Below are positions 10,525 through 23,980 of a stretch of 51,612 nucleotides of DNA, piece by piece; within the stretch, counting starts at the first letter, position 1; the number at the start of each line of letters is the position of its first letter. The DNA is from Octopus bimaculoides (lineage: Eukaryota), in the NCBI RefSeq assembly GCF_001194135.2, contig NC_068983.1, forward strand, positions 139,667,786 through 139,719,397. The letters run 5' to 3'. The notes beneath the pieces are model-generated. The model saw nothing but the letters and a program-made list of their open reading frames with translations, was not told the DNA's origin and made no database searches. The position numbers and the translations under genes are program-made.

Positions 10525-12857
10525 TAACACATAGCCAGATAACTTAATTGTAATGTGAAAATATGACAATGAAAAAAATAGTAACATTGGAGTATACGTT
10601 TGCGCAATGATATATAGCTTCCAAAAAGTGACCTGAAGCTATAATTTTGTATTGAAATTATTGTCATATATTCATTCTATGCAGTCTCCTTCACTCCTTT
10701 AATGCAACGTTATGTACAGGTAAATATGAATTAAGCATTGCTGCTTCTATGCTTGTGTGACGCAGGCAGGCTATACTCGAATCTCTATAAATATTTCAAA
10801 TTTATATTTTTTGAGATATACATTAATGGATTTGGCTACGCGTCCGGTATGTCAATTGAGAGACAATAAAGAAACAAAACAGAATATACAAAAGAAAATA
10901 TACTAATGCTTATAGCAAATCTATGTATCTATAATCTTCTTTACAAACATTCCCACAATACATGCCTATTCGAAGTATTACGCAAAGATTCAATACAACT
11001 TATACAATGCATATTCTTCAGAAATATACCAGGCTAACACAGGGTACCGATTTCAATATAGTTGCATTTCATTCACCATTCGTTTATTGAAAACCGAATA
11101 TAGTGCTGTACTTCAATTGTTTATATAATGTAGATATGCTGATCAAATCTTGCGGAAGTATACATCAATATAAGAGCAGAATAAAATATAATAATACAGC
11201 AGGATGAAAGCATTAACGTGAATAAAATTCTCTCCCTCTTTCTCCCTCCCTTCCTCTCCCCTTCTCTCTCGCTCTCCACACACGCGCACGCACAGACACA
11301 TACACACAGATACACGCACATGCACACATACACAAACACATATATTAGTGGTTTGCGTGGTAGGTAAAGTTAAATGTTTCTACGTTCCAATAAAATTGGT
11401 AGAGTAATTTCGTGGTAGTTCTTCTTCAGGGACAGATAGGTAGACAGATATGTTGTTGCAGTGAGATAAATACTGGTGAGCTACGAAATATCGTAATACT
11501 ACTGAGAAGTTCAGAGGTTGAGGTTGAGAGAAATTCTTAGCGATAAAATGGGAATTTGCAACAAAAGCAATGCCCTGTATTGAAATCGATGTAGGACTAC
11601 ATTGAAAAAGTTATTTACCATCGTCTTATGTATATCGTATTTGTTTGTGCTTTTTTTGAGAAATAGGGAAATTCGCTAACAATAATGCAGTGTGGTACAG
11701 AAGACTTTTTCATCCATTTTGGTTTATTAATCAAGGAAACGAACTATTCTGATTAATGTTGATGAAGACAATCGTCGCAAACTGAGAAATATATTGAAAC
11801 CAATTGGAGTCTCTTCGCCCGGAAAAAAAATATCATATAGTTTAGAGTAAAAACTATTGGAGGATTATCATTCTTATTGCATGGGCGATGAACTGAAATA
11901 TTGACACAGTAGACATAAAATACGATTGCTTTCTTAGCTTCAGTCCTTTATAGGAGAAATATCACTTTTAGTAACCTAAATGATATGAAATTCTTCCTGG
12001 ATAAACCAGTGAAATAGTAACTGTATGCTAGTGTTAATGTTAATGTTGTATGAACTATTGCTTAGCAACCTCCAAACTATGTATTATTTTGCTCATTTAT
12101 AGAAATAGAAGCAACTTGTTTCGTTTATTTAAGCGTCCTTCGATGAAATGAAAGAAGTCGATAGCAACATGTTGTTTCATATTCTTTATATTGTACAAAT
12201 AGAAACAGGAAATACACAGGACAATAGAAATCGTGCAGAGTCAAGACCTGTATCTTCCTTTATGTATATGGTTTCACAGAGAAATACAAATGTCACGAGC
12301 ATTACGATTATCGATAGAAAATTTATTTCAGTTGTAAAAGAGTAGAAAAAATATTTGTTGAAGGGGTATTCAATATATGTTTGATATTTCGTTACTGGAG
12401 GCGGGAACAGGAAAAAAATTAAAATAATATAATAACGCCATATTTACTTCTCCTTCTCCAAACGTTATCGAAATATTTATTATTTAGATCATGTTTTACA
12501 TCCATGTAAATTGAACTTTGACGATAACTTCTGTTTCGAATTGATGATCTGTTAAAAAATATAGTTCATCGTTGAATGAGAATAAACTGAAAATAATACC
12601 CCATACATACTGACAGTGTATGGAGCGTTATACAGACACTCGCAAACGCACATGCATCAAACTATATTTATGATATTTATATTTGTGAACGAGTGAAATA
12701 GGGAGAGCATTTTTGAATAAATATCTCGTTTTAATCCGTTATTTTGCTAATAATACAATGTTCACTCAAATGCGTCATGAAAGCGGGGTATTTTCTTAGA
12801 GAGGGAATATTTCATCCACTCATACATAGATATATTATTATTTATATGTACGTATAA

Positions 12858-13025
12858 GGTAGCATGCTGGCAGACATGCTTAGTGGTATTTCGTCTTTAC
12901 GTTCTGAGTTCAAATTCCGCCGAGGTCGATAAATTAAGTACCAGTTGCGTACGGGAAGCGATCTAATCGACTGGCTCTCTCCTCAAATATTTCGGGCCTT
13001 GTGCCTAGAGTAGAAACGATTATTT
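12858..13025 (+). mobile_element. SINE family B (tRNA-derived type), internally deleted
   Basis: B-box-like GAGTTCAAATTCC at 12906-12918; body CCGCCGAGGTCGA, AGTACCAG, CTAATCGA, GGCCTTGTG.CTAGAGTAGAA is shared with the 13645 and 35838 copies. Confidence 0.75.
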
Positions 13026-13644
13026 ATATGTACGTATGCCTGAATATAAATATGCGAGCGTGCATTGCAATTCTCAGAAAGTGATCATATATTAAGCAAA
13101 AACAATAGTTACTAACCGATACCAGACATTGGGATACGTACAGAATAGTAATTCAACATAACAGTAATTGAACAGAACAGTAATACAGCACTGGTATTCT
13201 AAAAGCAAAATCTCATTGTGCCGATTAATATTTTTGCTGAAATAAAATTCCATATATATTTTTAATGCATTCATTGATGTATTAAATCGGTTTGTCTGTA
13301 AGATATATATTTCATATATTAAAACTCAGGGAATGGAAAATAGTGTGTATCTGCACGAATAACAAACAGCGAGAACTTGTCTCAGAAGAGTGCGGGACCG
13401 CATCTATATATGTATATAGTTTAGATTGATACGCGGTGTCCTTTTTATCAAGCTGATAGAAATGCAAAAGAAATATTTCTCCAGTTCTTCACTTCAAGCG
13501 TTCATTGCATCCAATGATTTCTCAATAGTTTTCCCCATTGAGTGATTAAAAAAAAATACATCAATTTAGAAATATTACAATAGTCAATTACTAGGAATGA
13601 TTAAGGAATTTTGTTACCCTTTCATACAAAGCATACAGTAACTA

Positions 13645-13852
13645 AAATAACCTGTTCTACTCTAGCCACAAGGCCCGACATTTTGTGGCAGGGGCCCACT
13701 CGATTAGATTGACCTCAATACACCACTGATACTTAATTTAACGACGTAGAAAGGTAAAGTCGACTGCGGCGGAATTTGAACGCAGAACGTAAATACAGTG
13801 AAAATACCGTCAAGCATTTGACCGGCGTGCTAAAGTTTCTGCCAGCTCGCCG
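13645..13852 (-). mobile_element. SINE family B
   Basis: Reverse complement of the 12858-13025 motifs (TTCTACTCTAG.CACAAGGCC, TCGATTAG, GTCGAC..CGGCGGAATTTGAAC, CTGCCAGC). Confidence 0.75.
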
Positions 13853-14182
13853 ACTTACAATAGGTAAAATAATAAAATGGTCGTAGCTAACTTGGAATTA
13901 ATTTTCTCACGTTACATAAGGGATGCAGTATATTAATTACAGACGTGTTAATGCATTCAAATATATTTCAATAAATGATGGTCCTCATAATTGTGATTGA
14001 TACGAGCAAAAATATCTATATCTCTAACTCTTTCATTCTCCCCCTGTCCCACTATCTCAGAGGTAACGCATCCGAAACCGAGATGAAATGCAATCTACTT
14101 CCAAAGGAAGTAAGATTTATAAAGCGGTCAGAAAAATATGGACACTAGGTAATGTGTTTCTGACGTCCAGAATTGTACAATT

Positions 14183-14263
14183 TGGTCTAGTGGTGAGGTT
14201 ATTGCACTCAAGATCGGGCCTACAATTCCTAATGCGGGTGAGGCACTGTGTTTTGAGCAAAAC

Positions 14264-14266
<3 letters not shown>
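14183..14266 (+). mobile_element. Probable tRNA-derived SINE head, third family, degenerate
   Basis: A-box-like TGGTCTAGTGG followed by a decayed B-box region; abuts (CA)n. Confidence 0.4.
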
Positions 14267-14294
<28 letters not shown>

Positions 14295-14459
14295 NNNNNN
14301 NNNNNNNNNNNNNNNNNNNNNNNNNNNNNNNNNNNNNNNNNNNNNNNNNNNNNNNNNNNNNNNNNNNNNNNNNNATATATATATATATATAATATTCCTT
14401 CCTGCTTTTTTATAACTAGAAATGGATTTGACTAATGTAGCTTTACTTTTTTTAGAACT

Positions 14460-16367
14460 TAGAATGTATGAGGGTATTAATAAAGCCATGGGCCCAACCC
14501 AGAACAAGATGGCTCCACTCAAATCCAGAACAGGGATGTTACGAAGCGCAAAAGAGACCTGCTGGAGAGATGGGTGAAATATCATTCATTCCACACTTTA
14601 CGCCATAAGAAAGCAAAAAACCCCGGACAGTCCGCTACACATCATAGATCATCTACCTGTCATGGAGTAGCTGAACGCACTGTCAACAACTTAAGAACTG
14701 AGCAAAGCCATTGAGGTGTTGCCCAATGGAAACGCACTGGGTTTGGTTGGCGTCGCACTAGAGATGTGCAAGTAAAGTTCTACTTAGCCGCTTGCTGAAG
14801 ATAATGTATCAATGTTGGAAGGAGGGGTCAGTACCGCAAACATGAGAGACTGCAACATTGTCAGCATATATTAGAATAGAGGAGACAAAAGCGACTGCAA
14901 TAACTACCGATTCATCTCGCTGTTAAGCATCGATGAGAAAGTCTTTGCACGCGTGGCCCTAAATAAGCTACAAAACGTCGCTGAGAAGGTATGCCCCGAA
15001 TCTCAGTGTGGTTTCAGAGCAAAACGCTCCACCATCGACATGATCTTCTCTCTCCGGCAGCTACATGAGAAGAGCTGAGAGCAAAGACAACCACATTTTA
15101 TCACCTTCATCGGACCCACAAAACCTTTTGGCTTAATCGATAGAAACGGGTTGTTCAAAACCCTTGCCAAGATTGGCTGTCCTTCAAGACTTCTCAGGAT
15201 TGTTCAATTATTTCACACGGACATGAAAGCCATCGTTCAATTTGATGGCTCGTTTTCGGAGGCATTCAATATGCGCAGCAGCGTGAAACAGGGCTGTGTA
15301 CTTGCCCCAACTCTATTTGACATCTTCGCAGTCATGCTGAAACATGCATTTCGGAATCACCTCCACAGCAGATCAAGTGGCAAACTGTTTAGTCTGTCGA
15401 AGCTGAAAGAAAAATCCAAGGTGTGCAAGCTACTCGCCAGAGAAATGTTTGCAGACGATGCGGCACTGACATCGTACTCTGAAGAACAAATGCAGCACAC
15501 GTTTACAAACTTGTAAAGGCCTGTCAGGAATTCAGCCAGACTATCAACCTGAGGAAAACCCAAGTAATTTGTCAAAGTGTCAAGCACGCCCCCACCATCA
15601 ACAACTACAGGCTGGAGATAGTTATTCAGTTCACCTATCCCGGCTCTATCATCGCTTATGACCTCTCCTTGGACCTTGAGGTCAACTGGCGAATCAGACA
15701 AACATACTCCACATTTGATAGGCTCACAATCAGAGTCTGACTGCAAACACCAAAATTGTTGTCTATAAGGCGTCCGTTCTTAGTACTCTACTTTATGTCA
15801 GTGTGACGTGGAGCCTCTATTCTAGACAGGAGCGGCATTTCAACGTCTTTCATCTTCGCAATTTAAGACGCATCTTAAACATCAAGTGGACCGTCCACAT
15901 CACCAACACTAAAGTCCTCATCCGAGCCAAAATACCCAGCATACACATCTTGCTCCAGCTACGTCATGGTCATCGCATGTCAGACGGAAGGATTCCAAAA
16001 GACCTCATGTATGTGGAATTCGCTACTGGCACAAGAGCACCTCATTATCGATTCAAAGATGTCTATAAGAGAGATATCAAGCCACTTCATCTGAACGTCC
16101 TGAGATGGGATAAGGTTGCAAATGATCGACCACACAGGTGGTATGTACTGTGAAAGGGAATGAAGAGAACGGTTGAAAAATTGGTACTCGACGGAAGGAA
16201 AAATTAGCAGCAACTGCAAAAACCTCCTTAAAATGTAGCCACTGTATGCGTGACTACTCCTCTTGCGTTGGGCTTTTACAGCCACCATTAGCAGATGACA
16301 CAATTTCTTTGAGCGCAGATCCATCGCTTCTCCAGACGGACGGATGCCTACTATACTATACTATACC
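14460..16367 (+). mobile_element. RTE-clade LINE relic: 5'-truncated RT, C-terminus and short 3' end with (TACTA)n tail
   Basis: GDKSDCNNYRFISLLS, ESQCGFRAKRSTIDMIFSLRQL, VKQGCVLAPTLF, MFADDAAL (FADD at 15448-15459), FHLRNLRRILNIKW, RMSDGRIPKDLMY; tail GACGGACGGATGCCTACTATACTATACTA. Confidence 0.92.
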
Positions 16368-16380
16368 ATATATAGGTATC

Positions 16381-16550
<170 letters not shown>

Positions 16551-17318
16551 ACCTAGGAATTTCACATTGCCTTGTCTTTTTGTCTCATTTTATTTTACAC
16601 AAACACACGCACACACACACACACACACACGCACACTCACACACATACACACTCATATATACATATATGTACGTCTGGTGTGTGCGTGCTTGTGTTTAGT
16701 AGGTGTGTCTGACTGAGTGTGTGTGTGTGTGTTTTAATTACGTATACAGTGTTTAAGCATACGCGTTTATGATGTGAGAATGAGAGGAAAAAGCGCATTC
16801 ATTTACTACCCTTTCATACGCATTACAAGAGGATGCACATTGGTATTGTTATACACATTTACACAGAACTCCTTTATACAAATATACACATCGCCTCCTT
16901 AAGTACGTTAGTACGTCCATAGATAAATGTATGCAGTCATCAAACAACACAGCTGAACAATATAGCTGTCTATTCTCCCTAAGATAAATCTAGCATTGTA
17001 CTATACAATCAACATAAAATAAATATATAATACATGTTTGAGAATAAACCAAAATGCTTCGACGTTAAAATATTTGCTTTCCATTCGAATGTTTCTTTAT
17101 GCCGATTTCCAATGGAATATTGTCTGAAATCCTGCAAGCCCTATAAAACCAATACTACTTTTTTTTCTTTTGTGACACTTATGTATTTCTTAGTATTATA
17201 ATGAGGTGATTTACAGTAGGCCAAACTCTCTACATCTACCTAGTTATAATTCCCTGCTTTATTCACATTCGAACAAGTGTGTGTAGAACCCACACCTGTA
17301 TGCATATGTATGTGCTTA

Positions 17319-17393
17319 TACATTACATACATGCATACATATATACATTACATACATGCATACATATATACATTACATACATGCATACATATA
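17319..17393. repeat. Three tandem copies of the 25-mer TACATTACATACATGCATACATATA within a TACA-rich tract
   Basis: Units start at 17319, 17344 and 17369. Confidence 0.9.
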
Positions 17394-17400
17394 TACATGT

Positions 17401-17510
17401 AAATGTTTATCCTTTGAATATATATGAGCATGTCTAGATATGCAACTATATGCCGGAGAATACATACATAACGCAAAGCATACAAATTGAGCAATTACGT
17501 ACATACATAC
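17401..17510 (+). mobile_element. R4/Dong 3' fragment (stop region and first part of 3' UTR)
   Basis: TTTATC.TTT.AAT.TATATGAGCATGTCTAGATATG.AACTATATGC..GAGAATACATACATAA matches the copy 1 and copy 2 3' UTRs. Confidence 0.7.
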
Positions 17511-17580
17511 ATACATGCATACATACATACGTACACACATACATACATGCATACATAAATGCATACATGCATACGTACAT

Positions 17581-18420
17581 ACAGCATTCTCAAAGGATGT
17601 AGGGCTGCAGTTTGATCAGGATAAACGTTATATGGTTGTGAAAATGGGGGAAGATTTAACCAGACTAGCGTCATCTCCATCACCGATTTGACTTTTTCCC
17701 CTATATCTAGGGGAATATTACAGGTATCTAGGGGTGGATGAAAACGTATGATCTTACAGTCGCACCTGTAACAAAACACAGCCGAATAAAGATAATTCGG
17801 ACCTCAGAAAACTATGCATTCAATAAAACAGTGGCCCACAATGTTTGCAGTGCCAGTACTCATACCAAGACTCGATAAATTGTAAGCACAACAGATCTGA
17901 TATGGGGATTTGGGATAAAGAAGAGAAACTGAGCACAATTGTAGAAATTAGCTGTCCAGCGGATGTCAACATAAATCAGTGAAAAAGAGAATACCTACGC
18001 AGAACTATTGAGCAATCTGCAGTTACTCTAACCAGATTACAAGTTCAGCGTTACACCTGTAATCATAGGCGCCCTGGGATATGTAACACACTGACTAGTT
18101 ACGCATCTTCGAAACCATAAAGGAGAAAGCTATTTCGAAGACTACATATCTAATCCGTCATTGTAACTGAAATAATCTGTAACACTCCCTAGTAGTTTAT
18201 CATTTAAATATGTATGAGCATGTCTAGTTATGCAACTATATGCATAAGAATACGTGCATAAAGCAAAGCGTACAAATCTGCGCATACACATACGTACATA
18301 CATACAAAAATATCCTGTTATTTATGATGAAATTGCAATTAAGATGCATTGAATCTAGGTTAGAAACCGGTCCTTCTTCTATTGTCTAGAAATCTTGAAA
18401 TAAAACTGAACAATGACATA
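17581..18420 (+). mobile_element. R4/Dong-type relic (copy 2) with a large internal deletion near 17868
   Basis: TAFSKDVGLQFDQDK, YRYLGVDENV, YAFNKTVAHN..AVPVLIP, then a jump to CKHNRSDMGIWDKEEKLSTIVEISCPADVNI and VIIGALGYVTH; 3' UTR ends AATGACATA as in copy 1. Confidence 0.85.
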
Positions 18421-18453
18421 TATATGCATATATATGCATATATATACATACAA

Positions 18454-18485
<32 letters not shown>

Positions 18486-18576
18486 CTTTATCTATCTATG
18501 TATATAATATGTATATATGTATATGTATATATAAATACATACATATACATATATACACACACACACACACACACAA

Positions 18577-18619
<43 letters not shown>

Positions 18620-21600
18620 NNNNNNNNNNNNNNNNNNNNNNNNNNNNNNNNNNNNNNNNNNNNNNNNNNNNNNNNNNNNNNNNNNNNNNNNNNNNNNNNN
18701 NNNNNNNNNNNNNNNNNNNNNNNNNNNNNNNNNNNNNNNNNNNNNNNNNNNNNNNNNNNNNNNNNNNNNNNNNNNNNNNNNNNNNNNNNNNNNNNNNNNN
18801 NNNNNNNNNNNNNNNNNNNNNNNNNNNNNNNNNNNNNNNNNNNNNNNNNNNNNNNNNNNNNNNNNNNNNNNNNNNNNNNNNNNNNNNNNNNNNNNNNNNN
18901 NNNNNNNNNNNNNNNNNNNNNNNNNNNNNNNNNNNNNNNNNNNNNNNNNNNNNNNNNNNNNNNNNNNNNNNNNNNNNNNNNNNNNNNNNNNNNNNNNNNN
19001 NNNNNNNNNNNNNNNNNNNNNNNNNNNNNNNNNNNNNNNNNNNNNNNNNNNNNNNNNNNNNNNNNNNNNNNNNNNNNNNNNNNNNNNNNNNNNNNNNNNN
19101 NNNNNNNNNNNNNNNNNNNNNNNNNNNNNNNNNNNNNNNNNNNNNNNNNNNNNNNNNNNNNNNNNNNNNNNNNNNNNNNNNNNNNNNNNNNNNNNNNNNN
19201 NNNNNNNNNNNNNNNNNNNNNNNNNNNNNNNNNNNNNNNNNNNNNNNNNNNNNNNNNNNNNNNNNNNNNNNNNNNNNNNNNNNNNNNNNNNNNNNNNNNN
19301 NNNNNNNNNNNNNNNNNNNNNNNNNNNNNNNNNNNNNNNNNNNNNNNNNNNNNNNNNNNNNNNNNNNNNNNNNNNNNNNNNNNNNNNNNNNNNNNNNNNN
19401 NNNNNNNNNNNNNNNNNNNNNNNNNNNNNNNNNNNNNNNNNNNNNNNNNNNNNNNNNNNNNNNNNNNNNNNNNNNNNNNNNNNNNNNNNNNNNNNNNNNN
19501 NNNNNNNNNNNNNNNNNNNNNNNNNNNNNNNNNNNNNNNNNNNNNNNNNNNNNNNNNNNNNNNNNNNNNNNNNNNNNNNNNNNNNNNNNNNATATATATA
19601 TATATATATTACATTATATATATATATAATAACCACAACTGTATTTTCTTTTTGCTGATAACATTTTCTGTAGAAAATTTTATCACCTCTTCGTCGGGTC
19701 TAAAAGCAATAGGATTACGTCTATTTCACTTCATGTTTGTCTCCGAACGTCTTGGTATTTTTTTTTTATATAAATAGCTCAGAACTATGATCACTTCATT
19801 TATTGATTATAGGTTTTAAGTTCATAATCACATACTTTATAGCTCTCATATACATTTCAAAATAGCGTGGTAGACTATTACCATCTATTCAGGAAAAATA
19901 AACAGATGCGGCCTACATATTAATATATTGAAACCTGCAATTTTTTTTTGCTGCGTCTATTATGCATTTTTTAAAAAAAACAAAAACATTTTCTATGTCA
20001 GATTTGGTTTCCATAATGTCCCCTAACCGTTGGTTTTAGGTATTCGCATATAACGTACATTGCATTTTTTCATTCAAATTTTAACTAAACCATTCCCCGT
20101 TGCGTATTGCTTATCTAAAATTAATTTTTTTCTTTACATTAAGTATCTCTCTATTCTGATAATATTTCATTATTTCCGTTTAGTAAACCTAAACTTGTTT
20201 ATCTGTTTTCCATTGCTTAGTTCAAATTATTTGTTTTATTTTTATCACATCAATTATTTTAAATCTCAACGATCACACTATTTTTCTCAGTTTTTTGTTT
20301 GAAGATAAATATCTCAAATATTAGAAGAAAGTTTCGTCTTTAATGTCAGTAAAGAAGACATAATAAAAAATAATACGAGAAGTAAAACAACCTTATTTTC
20401 TTTCATGCGTCTTTGCAAATTACGATTTGTAGTTAGTTCAAACATTAAATTTTAAGATATAGTGTATATTATGATTCAAATGTCCCTTTGAACTTCCTAT
20501 CGTGTACATTTTTTAAAATCTAAAGCCCCAAAGTAATAAATTACAAGACAACTCGATCTGCAACAGCCGTATTTAGACGCTATTTTGACATCTGAAATCT
20601 AATAATTTTAATATTAAAAAATATACTGTATTACAAAAATGAAAAAAAGTCAAAGTTAAACCACCGTGTCATGATCGGTTAAACTTGAAAGACAAGGTCT
20701 GAATTTTATATGAAGTGTTATGGTTGATGTTATTGTTCATGCTAAAAATTCTATGTAGTTATTTACAAGGTGGTTTGCAGAATTGCAACTGTAGCAACGC
20801 TTTACTGTAATCAGTTACTTTAAATTTTGTGTGAATGCTCCTTGAATACTTAGATTACTTCTGCCATCTAGAAGCTTATAAAATAAGAATAAAATGTATA
20901 CAAATTTTTGTTTACACAGCAATAGTCCATAAAATGCAAGGACTTGTTACATTATAAAACATTAATATCATGCTTATTATCTTCTCTGTTTTTCAATTTG
21001 TGTTTCTCGTCAATTTGCATACTTCCATGATTAACATTCTTAATCTTACCTGTGCTATCAATTTTGTACTTCTGTAATGAAAATATGCATTAACTGTCTA
21101 TGAATATGGAACTCATATACTACACAGAAAAATCAAACTGTTTTGTAGTTGCATATTTTTTATGACAACAATAGTTTCTGCTTTAAGTGTAAATGTCATA
21201 CTTTGTTGCGTTAGAAAGAAACGCATTATACATAATCGCATTCGTAATTCTTATATTGTCATTAAGTCAGATGAAATAATGATCAGATCTTACATGTTAA
21301 TTACAACCATAAGTTTAGGTTAATTATGTTCCTCCTATTATAAATGTGTAAACGAAGTTACTCATCTATGACTGTCAAATTCAACTGAAATTTGCCCAGT
21401 AAAATACAGTAAAATATTATATTATTGTTAGCATCCTCAAGAATGTCTACATCAATATCATGAAACTCTACATCATTTAAATCATCGAACATATATCCTG
21501 TGACAAAATTACTTTAGGTTCTGTTATATGCACAGACCTCAATTTTATAAAAATAATCACCATAGATAATTTCAAGGAATTTACTCTCGCTAAAAACATT

Positions 21601-21656
21601 CGGATTTTGTCGAGTTTCACGGTGTATATAGTGATATTTACATAGTTGCTTCATGC

Positions 21657-21746
21657 ACATCCATCCATCCATCCATCCATCCATCCATCCATCCATCCAT
21701 CCATCCATCCATCCATCCATCCATCCATCCATCCATCTATCTATCA

Positions 21747-21813
<67 letters not shown>
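21657..21813. repeat. Compound (CATC)n(TATC)n microsatellite running into gap 21814-22552
   Basis: Direct reading. Confidence 0.95.
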
Positions 21814-23893
21814 NNNNNNNNNNNNNNNNNNNNNNNNNNNNNNNNNNNNNNNNNNNNNNNNNNNNNNNNNNNNNNNNNNNNNNNNNNNNNNNNNNNNNNN
21901 NNNNNNNNNNNNNNNNNNNNNNNNNNNNNNNNNNNNNNNNNNNNNNNNNNNNNNNNNNNNNNNNNNNNNNNNNNNNNNNNNNNNNNNNNNNNNNNNNNNN
22001 NNNNNNNNNNNNNNNNNNNNNNNNNNNNNNNNNNNNNNNNNNNNNNNNNNNNNNNNNNNNNNNNNNNNNNNNNNNNNNNNNNNNNNNNNNNNNNNNNNNN
22101 NNNNNNNNNNNNNNNNNNNNNNNNNNNNNNNNNNNNNNNNNNNNNNNNNNNNNNNNNNNNNNNNNNNNNNNNNNNNNNNNNNNNNNNNNNNNNNNNNNNN
22201 NNNNNNNNNNNNNNNNNNNNNNNNNNNNNNNNNNNNNNNNNNNNNNNNNNNNNNNNNNNNNNNNNNNNNNNNNNNNNNNNNNNNNNNNNNNNNNNNNNNN
22301 NNNNNNNNNNNNNNNNNNNNNNNNNNNNNNNNNNNNNNNNNNNNNNNNNNNNNNNNNNNNNNNNNNNNNNNNNNNNNNNNNNNNNNNNNNNNNNNNNNNN
22401 NNNNNNNNNNNNNNNNNNNNNNNNNNNNNNNNNNNNNNNNNNNNNNNNNNNNNNNNNNNNNNNNNNNNNNNNNNNNNNNNNNNNNNNNNNNNNNNNNNNN
22501 NNNNNNNNNNNNNNNNNNNNNNNNNNNNNNNNNNNNNNNNNNNNNNNNNNNNGTTTTTGTTTAGTTATCCAAAATTGAAGTAGTCTTACTGAAGTTCCGA
22601 ACTCAATCTACACCACTGATATAAAAATGTCTTCATGATCTTGCCAAAAATTAAAGAAACAAGCGACCTTTATCGAATTTGACATTGTATTTATTTACAT
22701 TTCTATGAAGAAAATCTTTTTACATAACTGCACGAATTTCGCCACAATCATATGTGCATATCTAAAGATGTCCGCGCCTACATAAAAACAAATAATGCTA
22801 TTTGAAAAGGTGTTAGAAAGATTATCAATTCAATGAATACAAACAACATGGTAGATTTATTTTTGCTTGTTGAATTTGAAAATATCAGACAAACAATTAG
22901 ATCGTGATCTTATTCAAACGAAGGAATGATATTATTCAAGAGATATAATGTTCGAACATCTGACACGCCTAGGAACTGAACAGAGTGAATTTTATATTTA
23001 ACGAAAACAAATATAGAATGATTTTTCCTTCCTAAAATTCTAGAAATACTTATACAAAACATAAACTCTGAAAATCAAACAGAAACCTTCCAAGGGAATG
23101 TTAATTTTATTTCTTTACGAACTAACTAATCTCATGCTCCTACGCAAACTGCTTGACATATAACAAGACGTTCGTTTTTTTCTTTTACTCACATGAATTG
23201 CGTAATATATTGAAATGCATAAACGTAATTCAAATTATCCCTTCAGTACCACAAATTTTCATACAAGTAACAAGTATAACCACACACTTATACCCAGAAG
23301 GAGTGATATTATCTGATTTAATCTACTGTTCACGAAGGGTGTGTTGAAAGCTTTCTCCTATACACTGAACAAAACTGTCAGAAGGGAGACAAATATATAA
23401 AGTATTTCTCTGAAACAATATACCTGACAGCGTTTTAGAGAAAGTAAATCATTTCTTCGCATACACATTTCTCCAAGAATAATAGTTGCCAAATATATCT
23501 TAATTGTAATTTTTAAGACCACGAGATCAGTGTATTACTTAAGAGTGCATCGTTTATCACGCCACCGTAACTGGAAAAAAATGGCTGTCCTATGCGTTCG
23601 ATGTACAGTCACAAATAAGACAGTACGTTGGAATACCGAAGCACATTTATCGAAATAGAAATAGTGGTGAAGCTACTAACGGTATAATGCATTTCATATA
23701 GTACAGATATATTTTAATAGATGTTATCAGAAAGTACCACACTCAGACGGAGAGATATCGGTATACTGACATATAAGAATATTCCCGTCACCTTTGAGAT
23801 AAGTTTAAATGCACCTCAACACTCTTTGTGTCACCTGAAAACTGCCGAGTCTAAATCCCATAGGTCCAGTCTTGGAAATATAGAATAAAATCA

Positions 23894-23895
<2 letters not shown>

Positions 23896-23974
<79 letters not shown>

Positions 23975-23980
23975 ACACAC
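23896..23980. repeat. (CA)n microsatellite
   Basis: Direct reading. Confidence 0.95.

Noticed and set aside
10685-10719. Isolated + strand mini-exon candidates (also near 41645-41675 and 49314-49387)
   Set aside because: Good splice-like sites but no frame-consistent chain or recognisable peptide; expected by chance in AT-rich introns
11759-11784. TTGATGA-AGAC-AATC-GTC-GCAAAC hammerhead-like string
   Set aside because: Both core halves are mutated and there is no stem III or stem I
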